Positions 27,264-39,940 of a stretch of DNA of 64,000 nucleotides are shown in pieces (positions within the stretch are counted from its first letter, which is position 1; every line of letters starts with the position of its first letter). This stretch comes from an uncultured bacterium (lineage in GTDB: Bacteria > CSSED10-310), in the NCBI GenBank assembly GCA_964512995.1, contig CAZELM010000003.1, positions 33,379-97,378 of the forward strand, given 5' to 3'. A model generated the notes under the pieces. It was not told the DNA's origin. It saw only the letters and a list, made by a program, of their open reading frames with translations, and did not search any database. The position numbers and the translations under genes were made by a program.

Positions 27264-28823
27264 ATGAGCGCGGAATCAAAAGTTGGAATATTGGTTCTCG
27301 CATTCATTGTGATGGTCACGTTTTTCGCGTTTAAGATCGGCGGAGATCGGTTCCCATGGCAGAAAAAGGAGGGTTATTGGGTCAGTGTCCTTTTTGACAC
27401 AACCGCAGGTCTGCAAGCCAAATCACTCGTCCGGTATGCCGGTGTTGAAGTTGGAACCGTGGAGTCTATCAGCCTTGAAAATGGCAAAGCAAAAGTGCTT
27501 CTGATGTTGAATCCTGATGTTCAAATACGCTCGAATGCGGAATTTCAGATCAGCTCAATGGGACTGATGGGTGAAAAATACATCTCGATCCATGGAGGTA
27601 CTGAACGGGCTAAATGGATCGAAGATAATGACCAGGTCTCTGGTGATGCTCCGGTGAGTATTGATCAGCTTGTGACTTCTCTGAATGCTATCGGTGATGA
27701 TATCAAAGGCATAACCAACACGGTAAAGCATGCTATTGGCAGTGAAGATACAGAGAATAAACTTGGGAGCATTGTCGATAACGTGAACCGACTGACCGAA
27801 TCATTATCTGGGACTGTCGACCAGAATAATGAAAACTTCACGGAAATTATTCAAAATTTTGCCGCTATCTCTTCGGATTTGCGAATGATCGTTCAGAATA
27901 ACCGTGATAATATTCAGTCTTCAATGGAAGATATTCGGAATATTACTGCTGCACTTTCGCAAACATTACCAGCCATCTCCAGTGACCTGCAGATCATTCT
28001 GTCTGATCTTAAAATATTGATTAATAATAATCAGGACCAATTGAATGGGACGATTCAGCATATCGCTTCCGCGACCTCTTCGCTTGATCATACAATGGTG
28101 GATGTCCGAAGTATCATGGGCAAAATTGATAATGGTCAGGGATCGTTGGGCAAAATGATCAATGACACGGAATTGCATGATAATCTCAATACAGCGATTG
28201 TTGATCTGGATAAAACAGCAAATGAAATCCGAAGTTTTGTTGGAAATGTCAGTGATTATCGATTGTTTATAGGTTATCGCGGCGAATATCTGTCGGCGGA
28301 TGATTCAGTAAAAAGTTTTATATCGCTTAAAATGCAACCAAGTCCCGATAAATACTATCTCGTTGAACTGGTCAGTTCTCAATATGGCCAGTATTTCGAG
28401 GACGAATATGAGATTACATTCGACGAGGACGCCGAACCGTTTGATGACCAGCGCTTTGTCGTGACTAAATGGGAGAGGAACAAGCTGACGTTCAGCGTGA
28501 TGTATGCCAAAATCTTTAAAAATCTTGCATTCAGGGGTGGTATGATTGAATCAACCGGTGGATTTGGCGTTGATTTAGAAGTATTCCGCAAAAAGTTGTT
28601 TTTTTCTGTTGATGCATGGGATTTATCAAGGGATACGGATCCACATGTGAAAATTGGCGCAACATTTGCCATTAATGAGAACTTTTATATTCATGGCGGA
28701 TGGGATGATATATTACTCCATGATCGGGATCGGGATAATGTTTTCTGGGGAGCGGGTTTCCGCATTGAAGACAAAGATTTGAAATATTTAATGGGTTTTC
28801 TGCCATTGGTTTCAGGCTCTTGA
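27264..28823 (+). CDS. mlaD: MCE-domain protein MlaD-like (long form, 519 aa)
   Basis: N-terminal TM helix plus MCE domain (GLQAKSLVRYAGVEVGTVESISL). Long helical C-terminal extension. Confidence 0.8.
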   Translation: MSAESKVGILVLAFIVMVTFFAFKIGGDRFPWQKKEGYWVSVLFDTTAGLQAKSLVRYAGVEVGTVESISLENGKAKVLLMLNPDVQIRSNAEFQISSMGLMGEKYISIHGGTERAKWIEDNDQVSGDAPVSIDQLVTSLNAIGDDIKGITNTVKHAIGSEDTENKLGSIVDNVNRLTESLSGTVDQNNENFTEIIQNFAAISSDLRMIVQNNRDNIQSSMEDIRNITAALSQTLPAISSDLQIILSDLKILINNNQDQLNGTIQHIASATSSLDHTMVDVRSIMGKIDNGQGSLGKMINDTELHDNLNTAIVDLDKTANEIRSFVGNVSDYRLFIGYRGEYLSADDSVKSFISLKMQPSPDKYYLVELVSSQYGQYFEDEYEITFDEDAEPFDDQRFVVTKWERNKLTFSVMYAKIFKNLAFRGGMIESTGGFGVDLEVFRKKLFFSVDAWDLSRDTDPHVKIGATFAINENFYIHGGWDDILLHDRDRDNVFWGAGFRIEDKDLKYLMGFLPLVSGS

Positions 28824-28844
28824 TAGTGAAAGAATAATGTCAAT

Positions 28845-29342
28845 ATGGAAGCGAAGTGGGATTATCGGATTGGTATCGGCTTTGATGCACATCGTTTTTG
28901 CATGGGCCGACGTTTGATTTTGGGAGGCATTGAGATTCCATTTGATAGAGGTTTACAGGGGCATTCTGATGCAGATGCGCTGATTCATGCGATCATTGAT
29001 GCAATTTTGGGAGCTGTGAATGGTGGCGATATCGGAATTTTGTTCCCAGATAGCGATCCCCAATATAAGGATATCGCCAGTACTGATCTCCTCAGGCAGA
29101 TTACAACCATCGTCGCCGCACGACACGCCGTAATTACAGGAATTGACTGCGTGGTGATCGCAGAACAACCGAAAATCAGAGACCATGCTGAAGAAATGAA
29201 ACAGACGATAGGGCGAATTTTGAAAATTGATCCAGAATGCATCAGCATAAAAGGTAAAACAACAGAAGGAATGGGCTTTACTGGCAGAAGTGAAGGAATT
29301 GCGGTTCAGGCGGTGGTGATGATCCGAATTTTAAATCCATGA
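28845..29342 (+). CDS. ispF: 2-C-methyl-D-erythritol 2,4-cyclodiphosphate synthase IspF
   Basis: IGIGFDAHRF...GHSDADALIHAIIDAILGA. Confidence 0.9.
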   Translation: MEAKWDYRIGIGFDAHRFCMGRRLILGGIEIPFDRGLQGHSDADALIHAIIDAILGAVNGGDIGILFPDSDPQYKDIASTDLLRQITTIVAARHAVITGIDCVVIAEQPKIRDHAEEMKQTIGRILKIDPECISIKGKTTEGMGFTGRSEGIAVQAVVMIRILNP

Positions 29343-29343
29343 G

Positions 29344-30129
29344 GTGATCATGAATAACCGATCTGAAAATATTATATTCGGCCGGCATCCGGTGAGTGCT
29401 TTTCTGGAGCGAAAGTTATCAGATGTGGAGAAAATATGGCTTCTAACAAATATTAAATGCCCTGAAAAACTACGAAACCAAATTAGAATGGCACAAAAAT
29501 CAGGAGCGGTAGTTCAGTATGTAGATCGGAAAACACTGGACAGGCTAACAGACGGTGCCGTACATCAGGGAGTTGTTATTCGAATTGCGAGTTGTCGAAT
29601 TTGGCAATTCCAGGAGTGGTCGGCATCTTTAGATCCGTTGAGTCCACATTCGGTGGTGATTATTTTGGATGGCATCCAGGATCCGAGAAATTTGGGCGCT
29701 ATTTTTCGATCGGCGGCAGCTGCTGATGTGGATGGAGTGATCTTTCCAAATAGAAAAAATTCGCCACTTTCTGCGGTTGCGATGAAAACTTCTGCGGGTG
29801 CACTGGATCAGATACCAGCAATCCGAATCGCAAATATCTCCAATACGCTGCATGCGATCAAAGACATGGGATACTGGTTAATTGGTATCAGTGAAAAAAG
29901 CGAGAAAAAGCTATATGAGGATGTGATTCCTGCCAGAGTGGCTTTTCTTTTTGGGGGCGAGGATCGCGGGATTCGGCAAATTAATATCGATATTTGCGAT
30001 GAACTGCGCATGATCCCTATGACCGGTCCTGCAGGATCCTTGAATGTTTCGGCTGCCGCGGCAATAGTATTATATGAATATATCAGAGGGCTTGGTTGTG
30101 CCGCATCGAAATCACAAAATAACTCTTGA
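29344..30129 (+). CDS. rlmB: SpoU/TrmH-family rRNA 2'-O-methyltransferase (RlmB-like)
   Basis: ILDGIQDPRNLGAIFRSA and LFGGEDRGI SPOUT motifs. N-terminal RlmB-type substrate-binding domain. Confidence 0.8.
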   Translation: MIMNNRSENIIFGRHPVSAFLERKLSDVEKIWLLTNIKCPEKLRNQIRMAQKSGAVVQYVDRKTLDRLTDGAVHQGVVIRIASCRIWQFQEWSASLDPLSPHSVVIILDGIQDPRNLGAIFRSAAAADVDGVIFPNRKNSPLSAVAMKTSAGALDQIPAIRIANISNTLHAIKDMGYWLIGISEKSEKKLYEDVIPARVAFLFGGEDRGIRQINIDICDELRMIPMTGPAGSLNVSAAAAIVLYEYIRGLGCAASKSQNNS

Positions 30130-30172
30130 CTTTGTCTCCAAAAAAAATACACTACCGACTCTGCAAACCTTT

Positions 30173-30245
30173 GCTGGCGTAGCTCAGCAGGTAGAGCAAG
30201 TGATTTGTAATCACTAGGTCGGGGGTTCAAGTCCCTCCGCCAGCT
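30173..30245 (+). tRNA. tRNA-Thr (anticodon TGT)
   Basis: Hand-folded cloverleaf: acceptor GCTGGCG/CGCCAGC, anticodon loop TTTGTAA, T-loop GGTTCAAGTCC. Confidence 0.85.
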
Positions 30246-30275
30246 TAGTTTTGAAATGGGATTAGAGAATTTTTT

Positions 30276-30358
30276 GGGGAGATACCCAAGTGGCCAAAGG
30301 GAGCAGACTGTAAATCTGTTGGCTAATGTCTTCGGAGGTTCGAATCCTCCTCTCCCCA
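30276..30358 (+). tRNA. tRNA-Tyr (anticodon GTA), with long variable arm
   Basis: Acceptor GGGGAGA/TCTCCCC, anticodon loop CTGTAAA, long extra arm, T-loop GGTTCGAATCC. Confidence 0.85.
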
Positions 30359-30377
30359 GATTAAAAGGTTTAGAGAT

Positions 30378-30450
30378 GCGGGAATAGCTCAGCTGGCAGA
30401 GCATCAGCCTTCCAAGCTGAGGGTCGCGGGTTCGAATCCCGTTTCCCGCT
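30378..30450 (+). tRNA. tRNA-Gly (anticodon TCC)
   Basis: Acceptor GCGGGAA/TTCCCGC, anticodon loop CTTCCAA, T-loop GGTTCGAATCC. Confidence 0.85.
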
Positions 30451-30470
30451 CTAAAAAACGCTCTAAGATC

Positions 30471-30543
30471 GCCCACGTAGCTCAGTCGGTAGAGCACCTC
30501 CTTGGTAAGGAGGAGGTCACCGGTTCAAATCCGGTCGTGGGCT
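30471..30543 (+). tRNA. tRNA-Thr (anticodon GGT)
   Basis: Acceptor GCCCACG/CGTGGGC, anticodon loop TTGGTAA, T-loop GGTTCAAATCC. Confidence 0.85.
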
Positions 30544-30607
30544 CACTCTTTTATCCGGGATTGGGTAGATTCGGCAATCTCGCGGGCTTTTGAGGAGTTA
30601 TTCAGTC

Positions 30608-31813
<1,206 letters not shown>

Positions 31814-31846
31814 AAGCGATTCAGGAGTAGGTAGGAGCCTTCAGTC

Positions 31847-31996
31847 ATGAGAGATAACATTATTCAAGCGTGCAGTGAATGTAAAAATCGAAATTACACG
31901 ACTACACGGAATCGGAAGAAAACGCCGGATAAACTTGTCGTCAAGAAATTTTGTCCATTTTGCAGAAAACATACAGAACATCGCCAAGTAAAATAA
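31847..31996 (+). CDS. rpmG: Ribosomal protein L33 (zinc-ribbon form, 49 aa). Too short to appear in the ORF track
   Basis: [57 protein letters not shown] 9 nt upstream. Sits between tuf and tRNA-Trp/secE. Confidence 0.8.
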   Translation: MRDNIIQACSECKNRNYTTTRNRKKTPDKLVVKKFCPFCRKHTEHRQVK

Positions 31997-32042
31997 TTAT
32001 CGAGTAGTTACGACGTTGCTATATAAAGATGTACATAAAGCT

Positions 32043-32116
32043 AGGCCAGTAGCTCTAATTGGCAGAGCGCCGGACTCCAAATCCGGATGTTGGGGGTTCG
32101 AGTCCCTCCTGGCCTG
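32043..32116 (+). tRNA. tRNA-Trp (anticodon CCA)
   Basis: Acceptor AGGCCAG/CTGGCCT, anticodon loop CTCCAAA, T-loop GGTTCGAGTCC. Confidence 0.85.
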
Positions 32117-32152
32117 CTATTTGTGTGTTCGGCAAATCGAATACGTCATGGA

Positions 32153-32518
32153 ATGGATTTCATGAAAACAAATGAGAAAAGTCAAACTGAGCCACTAGTC
32201 AATACACATTCAAAAAATCCGTCGAAAAAGAAGAATTTTTTGAATACGCTTCCTGAGAAATTTCAAAATTGGATCTCCTTCTTCAAGGATGTCAGAGTGG
32301 AGATGAAAAAGGTAACGTGGCCTCCCCGAAAAGAAGTGATCGGATCCACAACCGCTCTCATCGTTGCAACGGTTATGATCGCTTTGTTCCTGGGAGTTGC
32401 GGATCTTGTATTGGGAAAGGGAATTGAGCCGGCACTATCAGGGAATCCCGATGCTTGGTCGTTCGCCACATTGGGCTTGTTTGCATTTATTCTTTTCTGG
32501 GTATACAAATCCAATTAA
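32153..32518 (+). CDS. secE: Preprotein translocase subunit SecE. The ORF-track start at 32087 lies inside the tRNA; the real start is probably ATG 32153 or 32162
   Basis: C-terminal KVTWPPRKEVIGSTTALIVATVMIALFLGVADLVL TM segment typical of SecE. Followed by nusG. Confidence 0.8.
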   Translation: MDFMKTNEKSQTEPLVNTHSKNPSKKKNFLNTLPEKFQNWISFFKDVRVEMKKVTWPPRKEVIGSTTALIVATVMIALFLGVADLVLGKGIEPALSGNPDAWSFATLGLFAFILFWVYKSN

Positions 32519-32564
32519 TAAAATGAGCCATTAAAATCTATAAAGTTAAGCGAGGTATTTCAAG

Positions 32565-33095
32565 ATGGCGAAACGTTGGTACGCCGTCCATGTTTATTCT
32601 GGATTCGAAGAAAAGGTCAAATTGAGCATAGAACAGCAGATCAAAGCTAAAAATCTTGAAGATCAAATTGATAGTATTTTGATCCCAGTGGAAAATGTCG
32701 TTGATTTTAAAAAAGGGAAACGACAGATTTCGAAGAAAAGCTTTTTCCCTGGTTATATTTTGATTCATATGGAAATGTCGGAAGCATTGTGGTATTTGAT
32801 TAAAAATACGCCCAAAGTTACCGATTTTATTAGTTCAGGTCAAAAACCAGCCGCTCTTTCTGATCGGGAAGTTGACAATATCCGCAAACAAATGCAGGCA
32901 GGTATCGAGAAACCAAAGCCCAGAATCCGATTCCAAAAAGGCGAGCGAGTTCGGATTACTGAAGGCGCATTTGCAAATTTTAATGGCACTGTCGAAGAGG
33001 TTAACCAGGAAAAGAGCCGATTGAAAGTAATGGTCAGCATTTTCGGCCGAGCAACAGCCGTTGATGTGGACTTTTCACAAGTAGAAAGCTCTTGA
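32565..33095 (+). CDS. nusG: Transcription termination/antitermination factor NusG
   Basis: NGN domain (WYAVHVYSGFEEKV) and C-terminal KOW (GERVRITEGAFANFNGTVEEV). Confidence 0.9.
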   Translation: MAKRWYAVHVYSGFEEKVKLSIEQQIKAKNLEDQIDSILIPVENVVDFKKGKRQISKKSFFPGYILIHMEMSEALWYLIKNTPKVTDFISSGQKPAALSDREVDNIRKQMQAGIEKPKPRIRFQKGERVRITEGAFANFNGTVEEVNQEKSRLKVMVSIFGRATAVDVDFSQVESS

Positions 33096-33136
33096 TGTGA
33101 TTTAAATAAATCTGATGAGTATTTTTGGAGATTGTT

Positions 33137-33565
33137 ATGGCAAAAAAGGTCGTTGCTCAAGTAAAACTTCAATGCCCGGCGGGTCGAGCTACTCCATCAC
33201 CACCAGTGGGTCCAGCGTTAGGCCAACACGGTGTAAACATCATGGAATTCTGCAAGGCATTTAATGCAAGAACGGATAGTTTCGAATCTGGAATGATTAT
33301 CCCTGTGTTGATAACAATTTATGCAGATAAAACATTCACATTCGTAACAAAAACTCCGCCCACATCCGTTCTGTTAAAACAGGCAGCGGGTATTGCAAAA
33401 GCTGCTCATAAACCGAAATTTGAAAAGGTCGGAAAAGTGACGCGGAGTCAAGTTGAAGAAATCGCAAAGAAAAAATTACAGGATTTGAACGCCTATGATT
33501 TGGAAAATGCGGTGAGTACAGTCCTCGGAACGGCTAGGAGTATGGGGATTGAGGTTATTGATTAA
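33137..33565 (+). CDS. rplK: Ribosomal protein L11
   Basis: [43 protein letters not shown]. Confidence 0.9.
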   Translation: MAKKVVAQVKLQCPAGRATPSPPVGPALGQHGVNIMEFCKAFNARTDSFESGMIIPVLITIYADKTFTFVTKTPPTSVLLKQAAGIAKAAHKPKFEKVGKVTRSQVEEIAKKKLQDLNAYDLENAVSTVLGTARSMGIEVID

Positions 33566-33633
33566 ATCGATAGCCGGTGGGAGTCCTGAACAATGCTGGG
33601 ACGAATGGACCACGATTCACAATGGAGGCAATG

Positions 33634-34338
33634 ATGGCGAAACACGGAAAAAAATATAATGCAGTTCAAGCAAAAGTGAAAAGCAACGAACTGTATACCT
33701 TGTCGGAAGCGTTGGAATTTTTGAAAGTGAATTCCTACACCAAATTTGATGAAACAGTCGATATTGCCATGCGGTTGGGTGTCAACCCGCGGCATGCGGA
33801 TCAAATCGTACGCGGCACAGTTGTTTTACCCCATGGCACAGGAAAAACAAGTCGCGTCGTTGTGTTTGCAAAAGGAGAAAAAATAACCGAAGCTCAAGAA
33901 GCCGGAGCTGATTTTGTTGGTGGTGATGAACTGATTGAAAAAGTCACGAGCGGTTGGCTCGATTTTGATGCCGCTGTTGCAACTCCCGATATGATGGCAA
34001 AAGTTGGAAAACTCGGGAAAATTTTGGGTCCAAGAGGATTGATGCCGAACCCAAAAACAGGGACTGTAACTTTTGAACTCGCGAATGCAATTCGGGATAT
34101 TAAAGGTGGGAAAATCGCATTTCGGGTTGACAAAGCTGGTATCATTCATGCTCCTCTCGGAAAAATCTCATTCGATGTCCAGAAATTGTTCGATAATGCC
34201 AAAATCCTAATCGATAATATCATTAAACTCAAACCAGCGACCGCAAAAGGAACCTATATACTGAATATTACTATATCTTCAACGATGGGAGTGGGATTAA
34301 AATTAGATATCCCGCAAGTCATGAGCCTTTTCCGTTAG
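33634..34338 (+). CDS. rplA: Ribosomal protein L1
   Basis: [15 protein letters not shown]...; [15 protein letters not shown]. Confidence 0.9.
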   Translation: MAKHGKKYNAVQAKVKSNELYTLSEALEFLKVNSYTKFDETVDIAMRLGVNPRHADQIVRGTVVLPHGTGKTSRVVVFAKGEKITEAQEAGADFVGGDELIEKVTSGWLDFDAAVATPDMMAKVGKLGKILGPRGLMPNPKTGTVTFELANAIRDIKGGKIAFRVDKAGIIHAPLGKISFDVQKLFDNAKILIDNIIKLKPATAKGTYILNITISSTMGVGLKLDIPQVMSLFR

Positions 34339-34377
34339 TTTTGGGTTCTGATTTTATAAGAGAAAGGAATAAGGGAC

Positions 34378-34896
34378 ATGAAACGAACTGATAAAGAATC
34401 GAAAGTCACGGAGTTACACAAGGAATTCATACAAGCAAAATCGGCTGTGCTTATGGATTATCAAGGAATGAACGTCGCCGAACTAACTGAGATGAGGAAG
34501 AAATTGCGGGAAGTTTCGGTCGAATTCCGGATCATCAAGAACACACTTTCCAAAATTGCGACTAATGACACATCGATAACAGGGTTGAACCCGTTTTTGA
34601 GAGGCACTACAGCAATCGCTATCAGTAAAAAAGATTCGATCGCCGGAATAAAAATCCTCGATAAAATGGTCAAGGAATACCCAAAATTACGATATAAAGT
34701 CGCGGTCATTGAAGGTGGCCTCGTCGATAAAGTAGATATCCCCAAATACGTAGATCTTCCACCCAGAGAGATCCTTCTCGGGAAATTATTGGGAACCGCC
34801 CAAGCTCCAGTTGCTGGATTCATGCGCGTTTTATCCGGTACTCTTACCGGTTTGTTAAATGTTATGAATGGAATTAAGGAATCAAAATCAGAATAA
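34378..34896 (+). CDS. rplJ: Ribosomal protein L10
   Basis: 172 aa. Position between rplA and rplL. Conserved L10 N-terminal region. Confidence 0.85.
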   Translation: MKRTDKESKVTELHKEFIQAKSAVLMDYQGMNVAELTEMRKKLREVSVEFRIIKNTLSKIATNDTSITGLNPFLRGTTAIAISKKDSIAGIKILDKMVKEYPKLRYKVAVIEGGLVDKVDIPKYVDLPPREILLGKLLGTAQAPVAGFMRVLSGTLTGLLNVMNGIKESKSE

Positions 34897-34950
34897 CGAT
34901 TCCTTTTATTGTATCGAGATCATCTTATTCAAGTTCGGAGGAGATAGACA

Positions 34951-35337
34951 ATGGCAGCGATTACAAAAGAACAATTCCTTGAATTTATAGATAATTTGAC
35001 AGTATTGGAGCTGTCCCAGATCATTAAGGAAATGGAAACCCGTTATGGTGTGTCTGCAGCAGCTGCTCCAGTTGCCGTCGCTGCGATGCCAGGCTCTGCT
35101 GCAGTTGAAGCTGTTGCAGAGGAACAGACGGAATTTACCGTTCATCTGATCGGCCATGGAGATAAAAAAATTCAGGTTATCAAAGTCGTTCGGGAATTGA
35201 CTGGATTAGGTCTCAAAGAAGCCAAGGATCTGGTTGATAATGTTCCCAAAGTTGTCAAAGAGGGTGTCAGTAAAGATGAAGCCCAAAAATTAAAGGAAAA
35301 ACTGGAAGAATCTGGCGCTCAGGTTGAAATTAAATAA
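34951..35337 (+). CDS. rplL: Ribosomal protein L7/L12
   Basis: Ala-rich hinge ([19 protein letters not shown]) and conserved C-terminal domain ([19 protein letters not shown]). Confidence 0.9.
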   Translation: MAAITKEQFLEFIDNLTVLELSQIIKEMETRYGVSAAAAPVAVAAMPGSAAVEAVAEEQTEFTVHLIGHGDKKIQVIKVVRELTGLGLKEAKDLVDNVPKVVKEGVSKDEAQKLKEKLEESGAQVEIK

Positions 35338-35426
35338 TTGTATTGTTTTACGAAACAAATGTGTAAAGAGACTGCCGTACATAGTTCGGTAGTTAAACAT
35401 GGAATTCATTCCAAGGAAGGGATTGC

Positions 35427-38400
35427 ATGGCTGATACTAAAAGTGTCTCCCAACCTTTGAATGCGCCAAGAATCCGTCGCGATTTTTCTAAAATTGGATC
35501 TGTCATCGATGTTCCTAATTTGCTGGCCGTTCAGCAAGAATCATTCGAACGGTTTTTGCAGATGGACATGCTACCCGATGACAGATCTAATGTTGGTATG
35601 CAGGAGGTCTTTAGCGACGTTTTCCCCATCGAAAACTTCAATAAAACCGCTTCACTCGAATTTGTATCTTACGAAATTGGATCCTGGGAATGTAGTTGCG
35701 GGAAAATCAAAGGGATGCAAAATCGATATCGATGGCGGTGTGATTGTGGTTATCATGAGGGAATCGGAGATCTTCTGAAACTACGCGAAGAAGGTAACGA
35801 TCCTGGCGCATGTGACCGATGTGGTGGTATTCCCAAATATATTACATGTGATCATTGTGAAAAACGTGTTGAACTGAAATTAAAGTATGATGTTGTCGAA
35901 TGTCGACAGCGTGGAAATACGTTCGCAGCATCGCTTAAAGTCATTGTTCGACTGGTTGTATGGGATGAAGATGCTGAATCGGACGTCCGTTCCATCCGAG
36001 ATATTAAGGAGCAAGAGGTGTATCTCGGTGAAATGCCTTTGATGACAGATGTAACTCTCGACCGTCAAGGCCGAATTCGTGTCGGAGATAAAAGCACGTT
36101 TGTCATCAATGGAACGGAGCGGGTTATCGTGAGTCAGATGCATCGATCTCCTGGAGTATTTTTCAAGCATGACAAAGGTCGAGGGCATGCCAGTGGAAAA
36201 TTGTTGTTCTCCGCACGGATAATTCCTTACCGCGGCTCCTGGATCGAATTCGAGTTTGATATCAATGACCTTCTATATGTCCGGATTGATCGAAAACGTA
36301 AGCTCCTTTGCACCGTTCTTCTGCGTGCATTGGGTTATGAAAGCGATGAAGAAATACTCAAGCTTTTCTACGAACCTGAAATTTTTGTTAAGAACGGTAC
36401 ACAATATCAGCGAAAAGTAACCCAGAGTCTGGTAGGCGAACGAATACCATGGGATATTGCTGATCCGACCAATCCTGAGAAAATCTTGTTCAAGATGGAC
36501 AAGAAATTTACAAAACGATCTATCCGGGATCTTAAAAAAGCCGGTATAGAGATTCTGGATTATTCACTCAAAGATCTCATCGGAAAAATATCACTTTCGG
36601 ATGTGGTCAACATGGAAACTGGCGAAATAATCGTAGAATGCAATGAAGAGATTACACTCGACAATATTCGAAAAATTGAAGCGTTAGCTCCAGGTGAACT
36701 CGAATTAGTTTCGGTCGATACCACACCCATTGGCACTTCTCTGCATGCCACTCTCGCAAAAGATAAAATCCCAACCCGCGAAGAAGCACAGGAAGAGATT
36801 TATCGCCGGCTCCGGCCAGGTGATCCATTAACCGCAGAGAGTGCGGCGAATCTGTTCGAGCGATTATTCTATAATCCCAAATATTATGATTTATCTGAGG
36901 TCGGCCGTCTCAAGTTAAATAAAAAAATTGGTGTTGAAGTGCCGATGGATCAGCGGACTCTACTCCCTGAAGACATTGTTGGTGTCATCCGGTATTTGCT
37001 CAATTTGAAAAACAGCCGTGGCTCCATCGATGATATCGATCATATGGGCAACCGGCGGGTTCGTGCGGTTGGCGAATTGCTCCAAAATCAATTCAGAATC
37101 GGACTTGTGCGAATGGAGAGAGCGATTCGTGAACGGATGAGTATTCCGGACCTGCAAGCGGTTATGCCACACGATCTCATCAATGCTAAACCTGTTTCTG
37201 CAGCCTTGAATGAATTTTTTGGTTCCAGTCAGCTCAGTCAGTTCATGGATCAAACGAATCCACTGGCAGAACTGACGCATAAACGCCGATTATCAGCTTT
37301 GGGGCCAGGAGGATTATCCAGAGAACGAGCAGGATTCGAAGTCAGGGATGTCCATTCGACACATTATGGCCGAATATGTCCCATTGAAACCCCTGAAGGT
37401 CCCAATGTCGGACTGATCGTTTCGCTTTCTACGTATGCCAGAGTGACACCCCATGGGTTTATCGAAACTCCATACCGCCGTGTGATCAATAGCAAAATTT
37501 CGGATGAGATCGTTTATCTCACAGCTCTGGACGAGGATCAGGAACATAATTTGCTGGGTGGCAGGAAATATTTTATTGCCCAAGCCAGCACGCCGATCGA
37601 TGAAAATGGCTGCCTGCAAGACGAGCGCATCAACTGCCGATACGGCGGAGAACCAACCATGAATACTCCAGATAAAATGGATTTCATGGATATCAGTCCC
37701 AAACAGCTTGTTTCTGTTTCCACTGCACTCATTCCATTTCTGGAACATGACGATGCGAATAGAGCGCTCATGGGATCCAACATGCAGAGACAAGCCGTTC
37801 CATTGCTGAAGACGGAAGCACCTCTGGTGGGAACCGGAATGGAACACATTGCAGTCCGGGATTCAGGAGTCGTGGTTCGATCAAAACGATCTGGCATCGT
37901 TGAAGCCGTTAATGCTAATCGAATTATTGTCAGATCCGATGAATTACTGGATCCGAATGCTCCGATTCAAGACTCACCGGTTGATATCTACACACTCACC
38001 AAATTCCGACGTTCGAACCAGAATACGTGTATCAACCAAGTTCCTATCGTACGAAGAGGACAGAGGGTTCGAGCGGGTCAAATCATCGCCGATGGTCCAG
38101 CTACCGATAATGGCGAACTCGCTCTCGGAAGAAATATCCTCGTCGCTTTTATGCCATGGCATGGCTATAATTTCGAAGATGCGATTCTGATATCTGAAAA
38201 AGTTGTCAAGGAAGATTTGTATACATCAATTCATATTGAATCGTTTGAAATCGAAGCCAGGGATACCAAACTCGGCACAGAAGAAATCACTCGGGATATA
38301 CCCAATGTTGCCGAAGAACAGCTACGGAATCTGGATGAAAGTGGCATTATTCGGATCGGAGCCGAGGTGAAGGCTAATGACGTCCTGGTCGGGAAAATAA

Positions 38401-39914
38401 CTCCCAAGGGCGAAACCCAATTGACACCGGAAGAGAAGCTTCTCAGAGCGATATTTGGTGAGAAAGCAGGAGATGTCCGGGATGCTTCATTGACTGTCCC
38501 TCCTGGTATAGAAGGAACAGTTATCGATGTCATGGTATTTTCGCGTAAAGGTGTTGATAAAGATGAACGCTCCCGAATGATCGAAGAAGAGAATTTGAAG
38601 CGTTTGAGAAAAGATTATGAAGACGAGATTACCATCATTCGGGATGAGGAAATTAATAAAATCAGGAAAGTTTTCATCGGTAAAAAGGTCAGCGAAGATT
38701 TTTATGATCCGGTCAGCGGTGAACTCCTGTTTAAGAAAAACGATATTATCACTGGAAATTCCATCTCTCGTGTACCCGATATTCTTATCGAGCGGATTCC
38801 GATCGTCCAGCATAAAGAAATTATGCCGGAATTGCAGAAAATCAAACAGCGAACGGATGAGCAGGCTGATATTATCAAACTGATCTATGATGAACGCGTG
38901 CTTCGACAACAACGAGGGGATGAACTGGCACCGGGTGTCGTAAAATTGGTAAAGGTCTTCATCGCGGTCAAACGGAAATTACAGGTTGGCGATAAGATGG
39001 CCGGCCGCCACGGTAACAAAGGTGTTATTTCCAAAATCGTTCCGGAAGAGGATATGCCTTTTCTGCCAGATGGAACACCGGTAGAAATTGTTTTGAATCC
39101 ATTGGGAGTTCCATCACGAATGAATGTTGGCCAGATTTTGGAAACACATTTGGGTTGGGCCGCCAAAGAGCTTGGCAAAGTTATCGTAGCACTGCTTGAG
39201 AAGTATCATGCTGAAAACATGAAAAAAATGCGGGAGTTATTGAAAAACGTCTTCAGAAATTCCGAACTCGCCAACACAATCACTGCGATGTCTGATGACG
39301 AAATTTTATCGTTGGCTAAGAATCTGACGAGTGGAATTCATATGGCAACTCCAGTGTTTGATGGTGCGACAGAAAGTGAGATCAGCGAGACCCTAAAACT
39401 GGCTGACTTACCAAGCGACGGCAAGGCAAAACTGTTTGATGGCAGAACAGGCGAACCATTTGATCAACCTGTAACGGTCGGATATATCTATATGCTGAAA
39501 CTTGCTCATCTCGTTGATGACAAAATCCACGCCCGTTCCATTGGACCGTATTCCCTGGTCACGCAACAGCCATTGGGTGGTAAAGCGCAATTTGGCGGTC
39601 AGCGTTTTGGAGAAATGGAAGTATGGGCATTGGAAGGCTATGGAGCTGCTCATACATTACAGGAGATGTTAACTGTAAAATCAGACGATGTACTTGGCAG
39701 AACACGAATTTATCAAGCAATCGTAAAAGGCGAAAGCATGTTGGAACCTGGTGTTCCAGAATCATTCAATGTGTTAGTGAAAGAACTCCAGGCTCTTGGT
39801 CTTGATGTCGAACTGATCGATACTGAAAAATCCGAAGTAATCGATATGATGGCAAACAAGCCGATGTTAGACCGGGAAGAGCCAACCCTTGAAAATACTA
39901 CAACAGAGGAATAA
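35427..39914 (+). CDS. rpoB: DNA-directed RNA polymerase beta subunit RpoB (1495 aa, with lineage-specific insertions including a Cys8 zinc-ribbon-like module near the N-terminus)
   Basis: Conserved beta motifs throughout ([22 protein letters not shown], catalytic-region motifs). Insertion of ~65 aa with CSCG..CDCG..CDRCGG..CDHCEK. Confidence 0.95.
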   Translation: MADTKSVSQPLNAPRIRRDFSKIGSVIDVPNLLAVQQESFERFLQMDMLPDDRSNVGMQEVFSDVFPIENFNKTASLEFVSYEIGSWECSCGKIKGMQNRYRWRCDCGYHEGIGDLLKLREEGNDPGACDRCGGIPKYITCDHCEKRVELKLKYDVVECRQRGNTFAASLKVIVRLVVWDEDAESDVRSIRDIKEQEVYLGEMPLMTDVTLDRQGRIRVGDKSTFVINGTERVIVSQMHRSPGVFFKHDKGRGHASGKLLFSARIIPYRGSWIEFEFDINDLLYVRIDRKRKLLCTVLLRALGYESDEEILKLFYEPEIFVKNGTQYQRKVTQSLVGERIPWDIADPTNPEKILFKMDKKFTKRSIRDLKKAGIEILDYSLKDLIGKISLSDVVNMETGEIIVECNEEITLDNIRKIEALAPGELELVSVDTTPIGTSLHATLAKDKIPTREEAQEEIYRRLRPGDPLTAESAANLFERLFYNPKYYDLSEVGRLKLNKKIGVEVPMDQRTLLPEDIVGVIRYLLNLKNSRGSIDDIDHMGNRRVRAVGELLQNQFRIGLVRMERAIRERMSIPDLQAVMPHDLINAKPVSAALNEFFGSSQLSQFMDQTNPLAELTHKRRLSALGPGGLSRERAGFEVRDVHSTHYGRICPIETPEGPNVGLIVSLSTYARVTPHGFIETPYRRVINSKISDEIVYLTALDEDQEHNLLGGRKYFIAQASTPIDENGCLQDERINCRYGGEPTMNTPDKMDFMDISPKQLVSVSTALIPFLEHDDANRALMGSNMQRQAVPLLKTEAPLVGTGMEHIAVRDSGVVVRSKRSGIVEAVNANRIIVRSDELLDPNAPIQDSPVDIYTLTKFRRSNQNTCINQVPIVRRGQRVRAGQIIADGPATDNGELALGRNILVAFMPWHGYNFEDAILISEKVVKEDLYTSIHIESFEIEARDTKLGTEEITRDIPNVAEEQLRNLDESGIIRIGAEVKANDVLVGKITPKGETQLTPEEKLLRAIFGEKAGDVRDASLTVPPGIEGTVIDVMVFSRKGVDKDERSRMIEEENLKRLRKDYEDEITIIRDEEINKIRKVFIGKKVSEDFYDPVSGELLFKKNDIITGNSISRVPDILIERIPIVQHKEIMPELQKIKQRTDEQADIIKLIYDERVLRQQRGDELAPGVVKLVKVFIAVKRKLQVGDKMAGRHGNKGVISKIVPEEDMPFLPDGTPVEIVLNPLGVPSRMNVGQILETHLGWAAKELGKVIVALLEKYHAENMKKMRELLKNVFRNSELANTITAMSDDEILSLAKNLTSGIHMATPVFDGATESEISETLKLADLPSDGKAKLFDGRTGEPFDQPVTVGYIYMLKLAHLVDDKIHARSIGPYSLVTQQPLGGKAQFGGQRFGEMEVWALEGYGAAHTLQEMLTVKSDDVLGRTRIYQAIVKGESMLEPGVPESFNVLVKELQALGLDVELIDTEKSEVIDMMANKPMLDREEPTLENTTTEE

Positions 39915-39940
39915 CCCTTTGTCCTACGGAGGGATCGGCT

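Noticed and set aside
29808-30497. 229-aa minus-strand ORF spanning the rlmB 3' end and the tRNA cluster
   Set aside because: Overlaps four well-folded tRNA genes and a conserved CDS. Protein is low-complexity with no domain signature.
32087-32152. ORF-track start of secE inside tRNA-Trp
   Set aside because: The start would be embedded in the tRNA gene. Downstream ATGs at 32153 or 32162 give a SecE of normal length.
37314-37897. 177-aa and 119-aa ORFs antisense within rpoB, and other >100-aa antisense ORFs inside rpoB/rpoC/ribosomal genes
   Set aside because: All are embedded in highly conserved genes with clear sense-strand homology; no motifs.
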